From assembly GCA_965612745.1 (NCBI GenBank), contig CBFDTD010000003.1:1816-65815 (forward strand): a stretch of 64,000 nucleotides of DNA. The letters are read 5' to 3'. The notes under the pieces are model-generated. The model saw only the letters and a list, made by a program, of their open reading frames with translations, did not search any database and had not been told where the DNA came from. Position 1 is the stretch's first letter. Each line of letters opens with the position of its first letter. The DNA is from an uncultured bacterium. Its GTDB lineage: Bacteria; Chloroflexota; Anaerolineae; B4-G1. Of this stretch, positions 18,138-28,469 are shown in pieces. The translations under genes were made by a program, and so were the position numbers.

Positions 18138-20909
18138 TCATTCTCTCCGATCGTCGGAGGCATGTCGGATCGTAGCCTGGGCGGCCGCCAAGCGGGCCAC
18201 CGGCACGCGGAAGGGGGAACAACTCACGTAATCCAGGCCAACGCGATGGCAGAAGTCTATCGAGGCCGGGTCGCCGCCGTGCTCGCCGCAGATGCCGATC
18301 TCTAGGTCAGGGTTGGCCGCCCGTCCCTCCTCCACACATATCTTCACTAGCCGCCCCACGCCGACCTCATCCAGCGTTTGGAAGGGGTTGGCCTCCAGGA
18401 TCTTGAACGGGACCGGCTTGCCTTCCGCATCCACCTCGCCCGTCTCGATGCCGTCCACGTAATTCATCAGGAACTTCCCTTCGGCGTCGTCGCGGCTGTA
18501 GCCGAAGGTCATCTGCGTCAGATCGTTGGTGCCGAAGGAGAAGAAGTCGGCGTATTGGGCAATTTCGCCAGCGGTGAGAGCAGCGCGAGGCACCTCGATC
18601 ATTGTGCCAAACTTGTACTCGACCTCGATGCCCTCTTCGTCCATCACTTGCTTCGCCACAGCCTCCAGTTTCCCCCGCTCCAGTTTCAGTTCGTTGACGT
18701 GGCCAACCAGTGGGATCATCACCTCCGGCATCACCTTCACGCCCCGCTTGGCGCAGCGGCAGGCTGCCTGGAAGTAGGCGCGGGTCTGCATCTCCGTCAA
18801 TCCTTTGTACATAATCCCGGCCCGGCAGCCGCGCAGCCCCATCATCGGGTTGACCTCCCACAGGGAGTTGACCACCTCGAGCATCTTCTCTTTCTCGGCC
18901 AGTTCAGGTGAGTCGGGGTTGGTGCACTTCAGGCGGGTGACCTCCTCGATCAATTCCTCGCGGGCGGGTAGGAACTCGTGCATTGGCGGGTCAATGAGGC
19001 GCATGATGACCGGCAGGCCGTCCATGGCTTCGAAGACGTCCTCAAAATCCTGCTCTTGGAAAGGCAGCATCTCATCCAGCGCGGCCTGGCGTTCCTCGTC
19101 TGTCTCGGCCAGGATCATGCGCACCACCGCGTCCCGCGCACGTTCATCGAAAAACATGTGCTCGGTACGGCAGAGGCCAATGCCCTCGGCTCCGAACTGG
19201 CGTGCCCGCCGGGCGTCCCTACCGTAATCGGCGTTGGTGCGCACCCCGAGTTTGCGAATCTCATCGGCCCAACTGAGCAACTCGACCAGGTCTTTCTGCT
19301 TCTCATATTCGACTTCGAGGGTGTGGATCTCGCCCCAGAAGACCTCGCCGGTGCCGCCGTCAATGGAGATGACGTCCCCCTCCTTAACGACACGTCCGGT
19401 GGACTTGACGGTGAACTGAGCCCGTTCGACATCCACGCTGATATCTTCACAGCCGGCGACGCAGGGCAGGTTGTTGCCCCGGGCCACGACTGCCGCGTGG
19501 GAGGTGGCACCCCCGTGCTGAGTCAGCACACCCTTGGAGACGAGCATGCCCGGCACGTCGTCGGGGGAGGTTTCCGGGCGCACCAGGATGACGGACTTGC
19601 CCTGCCGGGCCAATTCGATGGCCCGCTTGGCGTCGAAGACGGCGATGCCGGTGCCGGCACCGGGGGAGGCGTTGAGGCCCTCCGCCAGCAGATCGCCCCG
19701 CTCCTCGGCGCTCAGTTTTGCCTCTGGGTCGAAGAAGGGATGCAGGAGTTGGTCCACCTCCTCCGGTTTGACCCGCATCACCGCTTCCTCTTTGGTGAGC
19801 AGCCCTTCGTGGACCATATCTACAGCGATTTTCACTGCCGCAGCCGCCGTGCGCTTGCCCGTGCGGGTCTGGAGCATCCACAGTTTGCCCCGCTCGACGG
19901 TGAATTCCACATCCTGCATATCGCGGTAATGGCGCTCAAGTTGCTGAGTCACCTCGACGAACTGCTCATAGATGTCGGGCATCACCTCCTGTAACTGGGC
20001 GATCTTGAGGGGGGTGCGGATGCCGGCGACTACGTCCTCGCCTTGGGCGTTTTCCAGATACTCACCGTACAGACGCTTCTCGCCGGTGGCCGGATCACGG
20101 GTGAAGGCGACGCCGGTGCCGCTCCGCTCGCCCATGTTGCCGAAGACCATCGTACAGACGTTGACAGCCGTGCCCCAGTCGTGGGGGATCTTGTTGAACT
20201 CGCGGTAGGCGACGGCCCGCTCACCGTTCCAGGAGTCGAAGACCGCCTTGATGGCCAGCCGCAGTTGCTCGTAAGGGTCGGAAGGGAATTCCTGGCCGAA
20301 GTGCTCCCGATAGAGGGCCTTGTATTGCTCAACCAGTTGCTTCATCCCCTCCAGGCTGACCTCGGCGTCAAACTCGACACCTTCCCTCTCCTTTAACTCA
20401 CTCAGCAGTTTCTCGAAATGCTCCCGGTCTAGGCCCATCACGATGTCGGAGAACATGGTGATAAAGCGACGATAGGCGTCGTAGGAGAACCACTCATTGC
20501 CGGTCAGTTTTGCCAGGCCAGCCCGGGTCTCGTCGTTTAGCCCTAAGTTGAGGACGGTGTCCATCATCCCCGGCATGGAGACACGCGCGCCGGAGCGGAC
20601 AGAGACGAGGAGCGGGTTTTCCGCATCGCCGAAGCGTCTGCCGGTCTGTCGTTCGATTTCTTTGAGCGCCTCCAGCGTCTGTTCCCACATTCCAGGCGGG
20701 AACTCGCCGGTCTTCATGTACTCGACGCATGCCTCAGTTGTGATGGTGAAACTGGGAGGCACGGGAAGCCCTGCGTCGGTCATATCGGCCAGGCCGGCCC
20801 CTTTGCCGCCGAAGATGACTTTCATCTCGGCCAGGTCGGGCTCGTGGCCCAGTGTCTCGGCCAGTTCTTCCCTGGCCGAACGGGATGGATAAACCCATTT
20901 TTTAGTCAC
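18138..20909 (-). CDS. ppdK: Pyruvate, phosphate dikinase
   Basis: 923 aa. PEP-utilizer His region GGATSHAAVVARG, TNDLTQ, C-terminal PEP/pyruvate-binding TIM barrel motifs. GTG start with RBS GGAGGGA. Confidence 0.9.
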   Translation of the reverse strand: MTKKWVYPSRSAREELAETLGHEPDLAEMKVIFGGKGAGLADMTDAGLPVPPSFTITTEACVEYMKTGEFPPGMWEQTLEALKEIERQTGRRFGDAENPLLVSVRSGARVSMPGMMDTVLNLGLNDETRAGLAKLTGNEWFSYDAYRRFITMFSDIVMGLDREHFEKLLSELKEREGVEFDAEVSLEGMKQLVEQYKALYREHFGQEFPSDPYEQLRLAIKAVFDSWNGERAVAYREFNKIPHDWGTAVNVCTMVFGNMGERSGTGVAFTRDPATGEKRLYGEYLENAQGEDVVAGIRTPLKIAQLQEVMPDIYEQFVEVTQQLERHYRDMQDVEFTVERGKLWMLQTRTGKRTAAAAVKIAVDMVHEGLLTKEEAVMRVKPEEVDQLLHPFFDPEAKLSAEERGDLLAEGLNASPGAGTGIAVFDAKRAIELARQGKSVILVRPETSPDDVPGMLVSKGVLTQHGGATSHAAVVARGNNLPCVAGCEDISVDVERAQFTVKSTGRVVKEGDVISIDGGTGEVFWGEIHTLEVEYEKQKDLVELLSWADEIRKLGVRTNADYGRDARRARQFGAEGIGLCRTEHMFFDERARDAVVRMILAETDEERQAALDEMLPFQEQDFEDVFEAMDGLPVIMRLIDPPMHEFLPAREELIEEVTRLKCTNPDSPELAEKEKMLEVVNSLWEVNPMMGLRGCRAGIMYKGLTEMQTRAYFQAACRCAKRGVKVMPEVMIPLVGHVNELKLERGKLEAVAKQVMDEEGIEVEYKFGTMIEVPRAALTAGEIAQYADFFSFGTNDLTQMTFGYSRDDAEGKFLMNYVDGIETGEVDAEGKPVPFKILEANPFQTLDEVGVGRLVKICVEEGRAANPDLEIGICGEHGGDPASIDFCHRVGLDYVSCSPFRVPVARLAAAQATIRHASDDRRE

Positions 20910-21126
20910 AGTATCTTTCCCTCCTACAGGTTCAAGGTGAAGTTGCCAGTAAAGAAGCGTTATAAAAGCCGGAACAATGTGGGGCTCGCAGATATGAGCC
21001 TCAGATGTCCGGTCTCATAAAGTGCCATCGGCAGGATTGTGGTTGAATTATACTCATCTCTTAGAGTAAAGTCAAATTTTGCGTGAGGTCACTGTCAGCG
21101 GATTCTTGGATCGGGTTCCCCTGGTT

Positions 21127-21155
21127 TTGTAGCCATTGCCTGGTTGTGCTATAAT
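21127..21155 (+). promoter_or_regulatory. Sigma70-like promoter TTGTAG-N17-TGcTATAAT upstream of the XRE regulator
   Basis: -35 at 21127-21132, -10 at 21150-21155 with TG extension. About 36 nt upstream of the ATG at 21191. Confidence 0.45.
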
Positions 21156-21190
21156 CATATTCATCATAGGTCTCGTCCGAGGAGGGGTTG

Positions 21191-21862
21191 ATGGCTGAGG
21201 AAGAATTGGCCCTGCGCAACCGCATCATTGGCCTGTTGTTACGTGATGCACGGGAGCGGGCCGGGAAAACTAAGCGGGAATGTGCGGACACGCTGGGAGT
21301 TTCCACCAGCACCATTACGGCGTATGAGGAGGGACGCAAACCCATCTCTCTGCCAGAGTTGGAGGTGTTGGCTTACGTGCTCAATACGCCGATAACGCAC
21401 TTCTGGGAACGTGAACCGAAACTTGCAGCGCAGGAAAAGCCGCCGCCATTGCGGGAGGTATTGGCCCTGCGCCATCGCATCGTGGGGGCGCTCCTGCGCC
21501 AGGCCCGGCTGGAGGCCGGTATCTCCCAGAGGGAGTTGGCGGAGGTACTGGGCTGCTCGGCCAGCCGCCTCTCCGCCTATGAGCACGGAGAGCGGCCCAT
21601 CCCGCTGGCAGAACTGGAGTTATTGGCCCAGCACCTGCATCTGCCTCTAGAACACTTCCTCGACCACCAGGAAGGCCCGGTGGGAGAATGGCACCGGCAG
21701 GAGGAGACCTGGCGTCGTTTCTGCGAACTTCCCAGAGAGGTGCAGGAGTTCGTCACCAAGCCGATCAACATCAAATACCTGGAGGTGGCGATGAAACTGG
21801 CCCAGATGCCGGCCGGAGGACTGCGCGCCATCGCCGAAGGACTGCTGGACATCACGTATTGA
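21191..21862 (+). CDS. Tandem double-HTH XRE-family transcriptional regulator
   Basis: Two Cro/C1-type HTH units (RERAGKTKRECADTLGVSTSTITAYEEG and RLEAGISQRELAEVLGCSASRLSAYEHG). RBS GAGGAGGGG. Confidence 0.75.
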   Translation: MAEEELALRNRIIGLLLRDARERAGKTKRECADTLGVSTSTITAYEEGRKPISLPELEVLAYVLNTPITHFWEREPKLAAQEKPPPLREVLALRHRIVGALLRQARLEAGISQRELAEVLGCSASRLSAYEHGERPIPLAELELLAQHLHLPLEHFLDHQEGPVGEWHRQEETWRRFCELPREVQEFVTKPINIKYLEVAMKLAQMPAGGLRAIAEGLLDITY

Positions 21863-21884
21863 TTGCAGGATTGGGGGTGCCGTG

Positions 21885-22430
21885 ATGGATAAGCCGGCTT
21901 CCGCAGAGGAATTGAAGGAGGAAGGGCTGCGGCTGTTCCAGGAAGGGCTGTACGAAGAGGCCGCCGCCAGGTTTGGACAGGCCCAGGAGATGTTCGCCGC
22001 CGAGGGGAACGAGGTTGAGGCAGCCGAGATGGTGAACAACCTGGGTGTGATCTATCGGATGCAGGGTCAGTGGGATGAAGCGATCGTGGCCCTGGACGAG
22101 GCCAGAGCGGCCTTTGTCCGCCTGAGTGATCGCAGCCGCGAGGCGCAGACGCTGGGCAATCTGGGCGGGCTGTACGCCAGCAAGGGTGAGCGCGATAAAG
22201 CGAAGGAATGTCTGCGCCAGGCCGCCGATATCTTCGCCGAACTGGGCGACGTTCAACATCAGGGGGAGACGCTGCTGGCCCTGGGCGTGCAGATGTGGAA
22301 GACGGGTGATCGCAGCGGTGGTTTGGCGACCTACGAGGCCGGCCTGCAGACGCTGCAAAAACCGACCGTCAGCCAGAAAGCATTGCGGGGCCTGTTCAAT
22401 CTGCGCGCCCGGCTGCTAGGGGGCAGGTAG
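21885..22430 (+). CDS. TPR-repeat protein
   Basis: Repeated A-x-x-x-G-x-x-Y TPR-like units (AEMVNNLGVIYRMQGQWDEA, AQTLGNLGGLYASKGERDKA, GETLLALGVQMWKTGD). Confidence 0.7.
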   Translation: MDKPASAEELKEEGLRLFQEGLYEEAAARFGQAQEMFAAEGNEVEAAEMVNNLGVIYRMQGQWDEAIVALDEARAAFVRLSDRSREAQTLGNLGGLYASKGERDKAKECLRQAADIFAELGDVQHQGETLLALGVQMWKTGDRSGGLATYEAGLQTLQKPTVSQKALRGLFNLRARLLGGR

Positions 22431-22477
22431 GGGCAACCCTCACGGTTGCCCCCGGAGGGCAGGCGCGAGACCTGCCC

Positions 22478-25024
22478 CTATGTGCCTCGCAGCGTCGCGC
22501 CCAGTTCCCGCTCCAGCCGGCGCACGATCTTGGCCCGCAGTTTGGCAACCTCCCGGTCGGTCAGCGTGCGGTCGCCCGCCTGATAGGTGAGGCGGTAGGC
22601 TAGACTCTTCTTACCGGCCCCCACTTGCTCCCCTCGATAGACGTCGAACAGCACGACCGAGCGCACAAGCGGCCTGCCGGTCTGGGCGATGAGGTCGCGT
22701 ACCCGTATCGCCGGTACTGCCTCGTCCACCACCAGCGCCAGGTCCTCGTAGACCGGCGGGTGGACGGAGATGGGCACCATCCTACGCGGCGCTCCCCAGG
22801 CCGCCAGCAGCCCGTCCAGGTCAAACTCCAACGCGCAGACAGGCTGCTCCGGCAGGTCGAAGGCCTCCCGCACCAGAGGGTGCAGTTCCCCCATCACGCC
22901 CACCGCGCCGTCCCCAACGCTCACCTGCGCACAGCGGCCCGGATGGAAGGCCGGGTGCTCGCCCGGCTCGAACGTCCCCTCCAGACCCAACCCTGCCAAC
23001 AGTGCCTCCACTACCCCCTTGAGATCGTAGAAGCCCACCGGCGCGCGGTCCTGTCCCTCCAGCCACGAGCGGGCCTCTCGCGGCCCGGTCATCACGATGC
23101 CCAGCCGGCGCGGCTCGTCGGGGAGCGTCTGCCCCTCCACCGGCAGGTAGACCGCGCCGATCTCGAAGATGGCCACGCGGTCGAGGAAGCGCAGGTTCTC
23201 GCGGGTGGTGTGGAGCAGGGAGGGAAGTAGCGTCTGCCGCAGGTAAGCACGCTCCGCCGACAAGGGATTCCGCAGGCGCAGATGGTCGGCCGGGTCAGGG
23301 GGTGGCCCCTGAGGCCGCAGTTTTCCCTCGTCCTCAATGTTCACCAGCGAGTAGGTGATGACCTCGTCCAGTCCACAGCCGGTTAGAAGGTCACGCACGC
23401 GCTCAGCCCCTTCCAGGCGGGGGTTGGCCCGCTGCGGCGGCAATTCGTCGCGCATAAGCGTCGTTGGGAAGCGGTCGTAGCCCCAGATGCGTCCCACCTC
23501 CTCAACCAAGTCTATGGGCCGCGTGACGTCGAGGCGATGGGATGGAACCATCACGTTCAGGGTTTCAGGTTTCATAGTTCCAGGTTCCCCGCTGTCTGTT
23601 AAACTTGAAACCTGCAACCCCGAAACCTGAAACTCAAGAGAGGTGAGGATGCGGATGATTTCGTCCGTCGGAATCTCGACGCCCAGGACACGGGTGGCGT
23701 AGGCCGGGTCAAAGACGACGACCCGCTGCGGCTGACGGCCAGGGTACAAATCACCGATGACCGGGACGACGGTGCCACCGGCCAGTTCCGCCATCAGATG
23801 GGCCGCCCGTGCCGCTGCCTTCACCGTCAACTCCGGGTCCACCCGCCGCCCGAAGCGCTGGCTTGCGTCGGTCGTCAGCCCCAGCAGGCGGGAGGTGCGG
23901 CGGATGTTGAGGAAATGGAAGTTCGCCGACTCCAGGAGGACGTCGGTCGTCTCCTCGGTGACCTCGCTTTCCAGACCGCCCATCACACCGGCCACGGCCA
24001 CAGGGCCGCCGCCGTCGGTGATGAGTAGCATTTCTTCGTCGAAGGTGCGTGAGATCCCGTCGAGAGTCATCATCTGCTCACCGGGTTCGGCGCGGCGCAC
24101 GATAATGACCGGGCGGTCTTCGCCTGGCCTGGGGCGCAGGAGGTGGTAGTCGAAGGCGTGCAGCGGCTGCCCCAACTCCAGCATCACGTAGTTGGTGACG
24201 TCCACGATGTTGTTGATGGGACGCATCCCGGCGCGGCGCAGCCGCATCTGCATCCAGAAGGGGGAAGGCTTCACTTCCACGCCTCGGATGAAGGCCGCCG
24301 AGTAGCGTGGGCACAGGTCAGGATCGGCGATCTCGAGCGCGATGAAGTCAGGCGTGGGGGTCAGTTCCGCCGGATGTCGCTCCAGCACTTCGAGCACGTC
24401 CCTTCTGAGCGGCACGTCGAGGAGCGCCGCCGCCTCGCGGGCGATGCCGAAGACCGAGTACAGGTGGGCGAAAGGCCCCTTGATATCGAACTCCAGCACA
24501 GCGTCGCCCAGGTACTCGGCCAGCGGCGTACCGACGGGCGCGTCGTCGGGCAGGTAGATGATGTCCACGTGCTCGTCGGAGAGGCCCAATTCCTTTTCCG
24601 AGCAGACCATCGCCCGCGAAGTGACGCCGCGGATTCTGGCCTTCTTCAATTTCTTGATGCGCGGCTCCTCGGAGTAGGGATCCCAGAGGCGAGCGCCCTC
24701 CATCGCGAAGGCCACCTTGAGGTGCAGATCGCTCTGCCCTCGGAGTGGTAGCAAACTGGGAGGCCCGGAGACGACGACTTCGGGCTCCGGGCCACCGTAC
24801 TCCACCTCCGCCAGGACCAGCCGGTCGGCGTTGGGGTGGGGATACACGGCGCGGATCTCGCCGACGACGACCTTCTCCGGGTCCCAGGGTAGTTCAGCCC
24901 CCGGTAGGCCGATGTATTCGATAGTCTCCACATCCAGTCCGGCCAGTGTCAGCCGTTCGGCCAGTTCCTTGATGGAAACCGGGATGTCTACGTAGTCTTT
25001 GAGCCAGGATAAGGGAACCTTCAT
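22478..25024 (-). CDS. pheT: Phenylalanine--tRNA ligase beta subunit
   Basis: 848 aa. N-terminus MKVPLSWLKDYVDIPVSIKELAERLTLAGLDVE. B3/B4, B5 and C-terminal anticodon-binding regions. Confidence 0.9.
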   Translation of the reverse strand: MKVPLSWLKDYVDIPVSIKELAERLTLAGLDVETIEYIGLPGAELPWDPEKVVVGEIRAVYPHPNADRLVLAEVEYGGPEPEVVVSGPPSLLPLRGQSDLHLKVAFAMEGARLWDPYSEEPRIKKLKKARIRGVTSRAMVCSEKELGLSDEHVDIIYLPDDAPVGTPLAEYLGDAVLEFDIKGPFAHLYSVFGIAREAAALLDVPLRRDVLEVLERHPAELTPTPDFIALEIADPDLCPRYSAAFIRGVEVKPSPFWMQMRLRRAGMRPINNIVDVTNYVMLELGQPLHAFDYHLLRPRPGEDRPVIIVRRAEPGEQMMTLDGISRTFDEEMLLITDGGGPVAVAGVMGGLESEVTEETTDVLLESANFHFLNIRRTSRLLGLTTDASQRFGRRVDPELTVKAAARAAHLMAELAGGTVVPVIGDLYPGRQPQRVVVFDPAYATRVLGVEIPTDEIIRILTSLEFQVSGLQVSSLTDSGEPGTMKPETLNVMVPSHRLDVTRPIDLVEEVGRIWGYDRFPTTLMRDELPPQRANPRLEGAERVRDLLTGCGLDEVITYSLVNIEDEGKLRPQGPPPDPADHLRLRNPLSAERAYLRQTLLPSLLHTTRENLRFLDRVAIFEIGAVYLPVEGQTLPDEPRRLGIVMTGPREARSWLEGQDRAPVGFYDLKGVVEALLAGLGLEGTFEPGEHPAFHPGRCAQVSVGDGAVGVMGELHPLVREAFDLPEQPVCALEFDLDGLLAAWGAPRRMVPISVHPPVYEDLALVVDEAVPAIRVRDLIAQTGRPLVRSVVLFDVYRGEQVGAGKKSLAYRLTYQAGDRTLTDREVAKLRAKIVRRLERELGATLRGT

Positions 25025-25042
25025 TGCGCCTCCTCCTATGAT

Positions 25043-27094
25043 CTAAGGGATGGTCATGGTTTGCAGGGTCACAAAGTCGCCAGCCGGAGCACCGGACGAA
25101 TCCAGTACCGCGACCCGGCCTGCGTCTTCCGTATATAAGCCTACTCGTATGGAGTAGGAGCCGGGTGGCAGGGCCGTCTCAAGCAACACCTGGTGGAAAT
25201 CCACGACGGTCTCGCCCACCGTCCACCTGTCGGTGGAATAAGTCCACAGCGCCGGAATGCCATCGTGCTGAGCGACCAACTGACCGGCCGCATCCATCAC
25301 GTGCACGAAGACCTTAAGCATATCAGTCACCGGCTGAGTGGCCTGCCAGTACAGGTACACCCCCAGACGCTGGCGATTGTTGCGTCGTGGCTCGTCGTCG
25401 CAGAGATACGTTTCGTAGCCCTTCAGCGTGATACCGTTCGCCCAAGATGCGTCTATCGGCTGGTACGAGAGTGGTTCGTCTAATACCCTGTAGATTACGT
25501 ACTTGCGCTTCTCCTCCACGTACACAGGGGCCAGGCCCTCGGGTCGGCTTTCGGGCGAGAGCAGGAATTGCAGGTTGGGATACAGGGATACGCCGGTGTC
25601 GCGGTCGTAGATGAAAAACCAATAGTCGCCACGCTGAAGCAGTTCCAGCAGAGCCTCATATGATTCCAGCCTTGGGGCAATGGCGAACGCCATCGCGAAA
25701 CGGCGCTTCCACGGATCGGCCACATCGTGGTAGCGCAGGTGAGTACTGTACACCTGGTCAGCAGATTGCATGCCGGCTGCGTGCAGCGTATTGCTCACTT
25801 CGAGCGTCCCCCGGTCTTTTGGATTGCTTCGCATAAACCGTAGTGGATACCCTATGCTCCAGATGGTCAGGAGTATCATCACGGGGATGCGCAACGGGAC
25901 CGCTCCTCGTCGCATCCTGATTTTGGCCGGCAGGATCGTCCACAGGAAGTACACCGTGGTGAACACCAGCGTCGGCATCAGCACGATGAGAAATCGCTTG
26001 TCCAGTCGGATGAAGGAGAGCAAAGCCACGATGCCGACGACGTACAGGCCCAGGAACGTCCGGACGGAGCGCCTGAGTCCGGTGGGGGCCAGCAGCGTGA
26101 AGAGTAACCCGGCCTGCATCAGCGGCGCGAAGGGGGCGTCCAGCACTACCGCGTCCTGGGTCACCCAGAAACTGCGAAATTGAGCCAGCCAGTGGGTGAC
26201 CAACTCTCTCGGATAGGCGCGTATGACCTCCCACACGGGTATATCCATCGGCACGGCGTTCCAGTCGAAGATGTAGTCGCTGCTGCCGGTGAGGTGGAAC
26301 CAGAGATTATGCGCTTGAGTGGTATAGAATGGGTTTCCTTTAACCAGGGTGCTGGCGATTAATTGAGGGGCTGCTCCCACCGCTGCGCCAAGTAGATATA
26401 CGCCAGGCACCGACCACCATCCGCGCTCCCGTCGGGCCCACGCGCATCCCACCAGGTAGAGAGCGCACAGGAGGATGGTCAGCGAGGCAGTGTACCGGAT
26501 GAGGTAACTGAGGCCGGCGAGCAAGCCAGACCAAAAGGCTACGCGGCGTCGCCGTCCGTCTGTGAACAGAGTGGCGAGGGAGCAGATTTGCAATCCCCCC
26601 GCCAGCATATCCGTGCTGTCCAGGCTGGCAAAGAAGAGGTAGTGTGCAGTGCAGGCCAGGATCGTTTCGGTGAACAGGGCCAGCGTCCAACTCCCCGTCA
26701 TCCGCCGGATGAGCAGGAAGGCCCCCAGCAGCCCCAGAATCCCACCGGCGATGGAGAGCGCGAAGGCGGTACTCAGGACGTCGAGACCCAGCGCCACCCC
26801 CAGGCGCAGCAATAGCGGGTAGCCCAGCGGATATAGCCCATCCACCCACTGCCACTGGGCCAGGTGGTGCGGGTCAAATCGGGCAGCCCGCTCCGCCCAG
26901 GCGAAAAAGTCGGGGTAGCGAACGGTGACCTGACCCGCAACACGGCGCACCTCCACGGTGACGAAGGCCAGGGCAATGACCCAGGCGGTCAGTATGCCGC
27001 ACCAGCGTTGCCACGCGGAGGGGATCGCACGGGCGCTCGTCTCCTGGGCTGGCGGTGTGCCATCGGCGTTTCTCGAACGATGCGCTTCGCTCAC
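25043..27094 (-). CDS. GT-C fold membrane glycosyltransferase (GT39/ArnT/PMT_2-like) with a C-terminal ~130-aa beta-rich domain
   Basis: At least 10 predicted TM helices, DxD-like loop in the first periplasmic loop, 683 aa. The C-terminal domain is shared with the 57906-58775 protein. Confidence 0.6.
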   Translation of the reverse strand: MSEAHRSRNADGTPPAQETSARAIPSAWQRWCGILTAWVIALAFVTVEVRRVAGQVTVRYPDFFAWAERAARFDPHHLAQWQWVDGLYPLGYPLLLRLGVALGLDVLSTAFALSIAGGILGLLGAFLLIRRMTGSWTLALFTETILACTAHYLFFASLDSTDMLAGGLQICSLATLFTDGRRRRVAFWSGLLAGLSYLIRYTASLTILLCALYLVGCAWARRERGWWSVPGVYLLGAAVGAAPQLIASTLVKGNPFYTTQAHNLWFHLTGSSDYIFDWNAVPMDIPVWEVIRAYPRELVTHWLAQFRSFWVTQDAVVLDAPFAPLMQAGLLFTLLAPTGLRRSVRTFLGLYVVGIVALLSFIRLDKRFLIVLMPTLVFTTVYFLWTILPAKIRMRRGAVPLRIPVMILLTIWSIGYPLRFMRSNPKDRGTLEVSNTLHAAGMQSADQVYSTHLRYHDVADPWKRRFAMAFAIAPRLESYEALLELLQRGDYWFFIYDRDTGVSLYPNLQFLLSPESRPEGLAPVYVEEKRKYVIYRVLDEPLSYQPIDASWANGITLKGYETYLCDDEPRRNNRQRLGVYLYWQATQPVTDMLKVFVHVMDAAGQLVAQHDGIPALWTYSTDRWTVGETVVDFHQVLLETALPPGSYSIRVGLYTEDAGRVAVLDSSGAPAGDFVTLQTMTIP

Positions 27095-27110
27095 CTATAC
27101 TCCTGTACGA

Positions 27111-28139
27111 CTAGAACTGCCGCAGGAATCGCAAATCATTCCCGTAGAACAGGCGAATGTCGTCAATGCCGTATTTGACCATCGCAGGTCGTTCGACGCC
27201 AAAGCCAAAGGCGAAGCCACTCCATTCGTCGGGGTCGTAGCCGCCGTTTTGTAACACGACCGGGTGCACCATCCCCGCCCCGCACACCTCCAGCCAGCCG
27301 GAGTATTTGCACACCCGGCAGCCCGCCCCGCCGCATAGAATGCAGTCCATATCGGCTTCGATGCTAGGCTCGGTGAAGGGAAAGTAGGAGCCGCGAATGC
27401 GGATACGACGCTCCGGCCCGTAGAATCGTCGCGCGAACTCGGTCAGCGTGCCGATGAGGTCGGTCATCGTGATGGCGTGCCCTATCGCCAGCCCCTCCAC
27501 TTGATAGAATTGGTGCTCGGAGCGGGCGGTGATTTGCTCGTAGCGGTAGCATTTACCGGGCAGGATGACGCGGATGGGCTCAGGGTAGCGCTCGCGCATC
27601 ACCCGGATCTGCCCCGGCGAGGTGTGGGTGCGCAGCAACACCTCGTCGTTGATCCAGAAGGTGTCCCACATATCGCGGGCCGGGTGATGGGGCGGCATAT
27701 TCAGCAGCCCGAAGTTCAGTTCGTCGGTCTCGACGTCGGGGGCCTCGTAGACCTGGAATCCCATCTCGGCGAAGATGGCGGTGATCTGACGCAGTGTCTG
27801 GGTGGTGATGTGCAGGTGCCCCGGCCCGGTGGGGCGGCCCGGCAGCGTGACGTCCAGTGCGCCCCGTTCCAGTTCGCGCTGCATCTCCTCCTGACGCAGT
27901 GCCTCGGCGCGGGCCTCGGAGGCTGCTTCCAATCTAGCCTTGGCTTCATTGGCGGCCCGCCCAAAGGCCGGACGCTCCTCCTTGGGCAGTTCTCCGACGG
28001 AGCGCAAAAACAACGTCAGCGCACCTTTCCTTCCCAGATAGCGCCTGTGCCAGGCGGCCAGCGCGTCACTGTCTTCCACCGCCTCCAGCGCGGCAAGGGC
28101 TTCCTTTTCCACCTGTCTCAATTGGTCAAGCATCGGCAA
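27111..28139 (-). CDS. pheS: Phenylalanine--tRNA ligase alpha subunit
   Basis: 342 aa. Class II motifs (FRPSYFPFTEPS, GAGMVHP...GFAFGFGVER). Confidence 0.9.
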   Translation of the reverse strand: MPMLDQLRQVEKEALAALEAVEDSDALAAWHRRYLGRKGALTLFLRSVGELPKEERPAFGRAANEAKARLEAASEARAEALRQEEMQRELERGALDVTLPGRPTGPGHLHITTQTLRQITAIFAEMGFQVYEAPDVETDELNFGLLNMPPHHPARDMWDTFWINDEVLLRTHTSPGQIRVMRERYPEPIRVILPGKCYRYEQITARSEHQFYQVEGLAIGHAITMTDLIGTLTEFARRFYGPERRIRIRGSYFPFTEPSIEADMDCILCGGAGCRVCKYSGWLEVCGAGMVHPVVLQNGGYDPDEWSGFAFGFGVERPAMVKYGIDDIRLFYGNDLRFLRQF

Positions 28140-28220
28140 TGCCTCCTACAGTAAAGTGGGAAAAACGGCACAGATATGGTATAATTTTGTCATCAAAACC
28201 TGAGCGTAGGGAGTGTTGGG

Positions 28221-28469
28221 ATGTCTTCAATTGCTACAATCACTATAAGCGGGCCGCCGGAGACGTTAGCCAGTCTGGGCACGCGCAGGGCAGTAGTGCT
28301 GCCTCTGGATGAATACGAGGCTCTACTGGACCGGCTTGAGGAACTGGAAGACATCATTGACTCTCGCATCGCCTTGGCTGAATACCAGGCCGGGCAGGGG
28401 CGTTCGCTTCAAGCCTACCTCGCCGAACGAAAGGAACGCTATCGTGTATCAGGTGGACTGGGCGAGTAG
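28221..28469 (+). CDS. Type II antitoxin (Phd/YefM-like) partnered with RelE/ParE
   Basis: 82 aa. Pattern ATITISGPPETLASLGTRRAVVLPLDEYEALLDRLEELEDI. Overlaps the toxin start by about 26 nt. Confidence 0.6.
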   Translation: MSSIATITISGPPETLASLGTRRAVVLPLDEYEALLDRLEELEDIIDSRIALAEYQAGQGRSLQAYLAERKERYRVSGGLGE

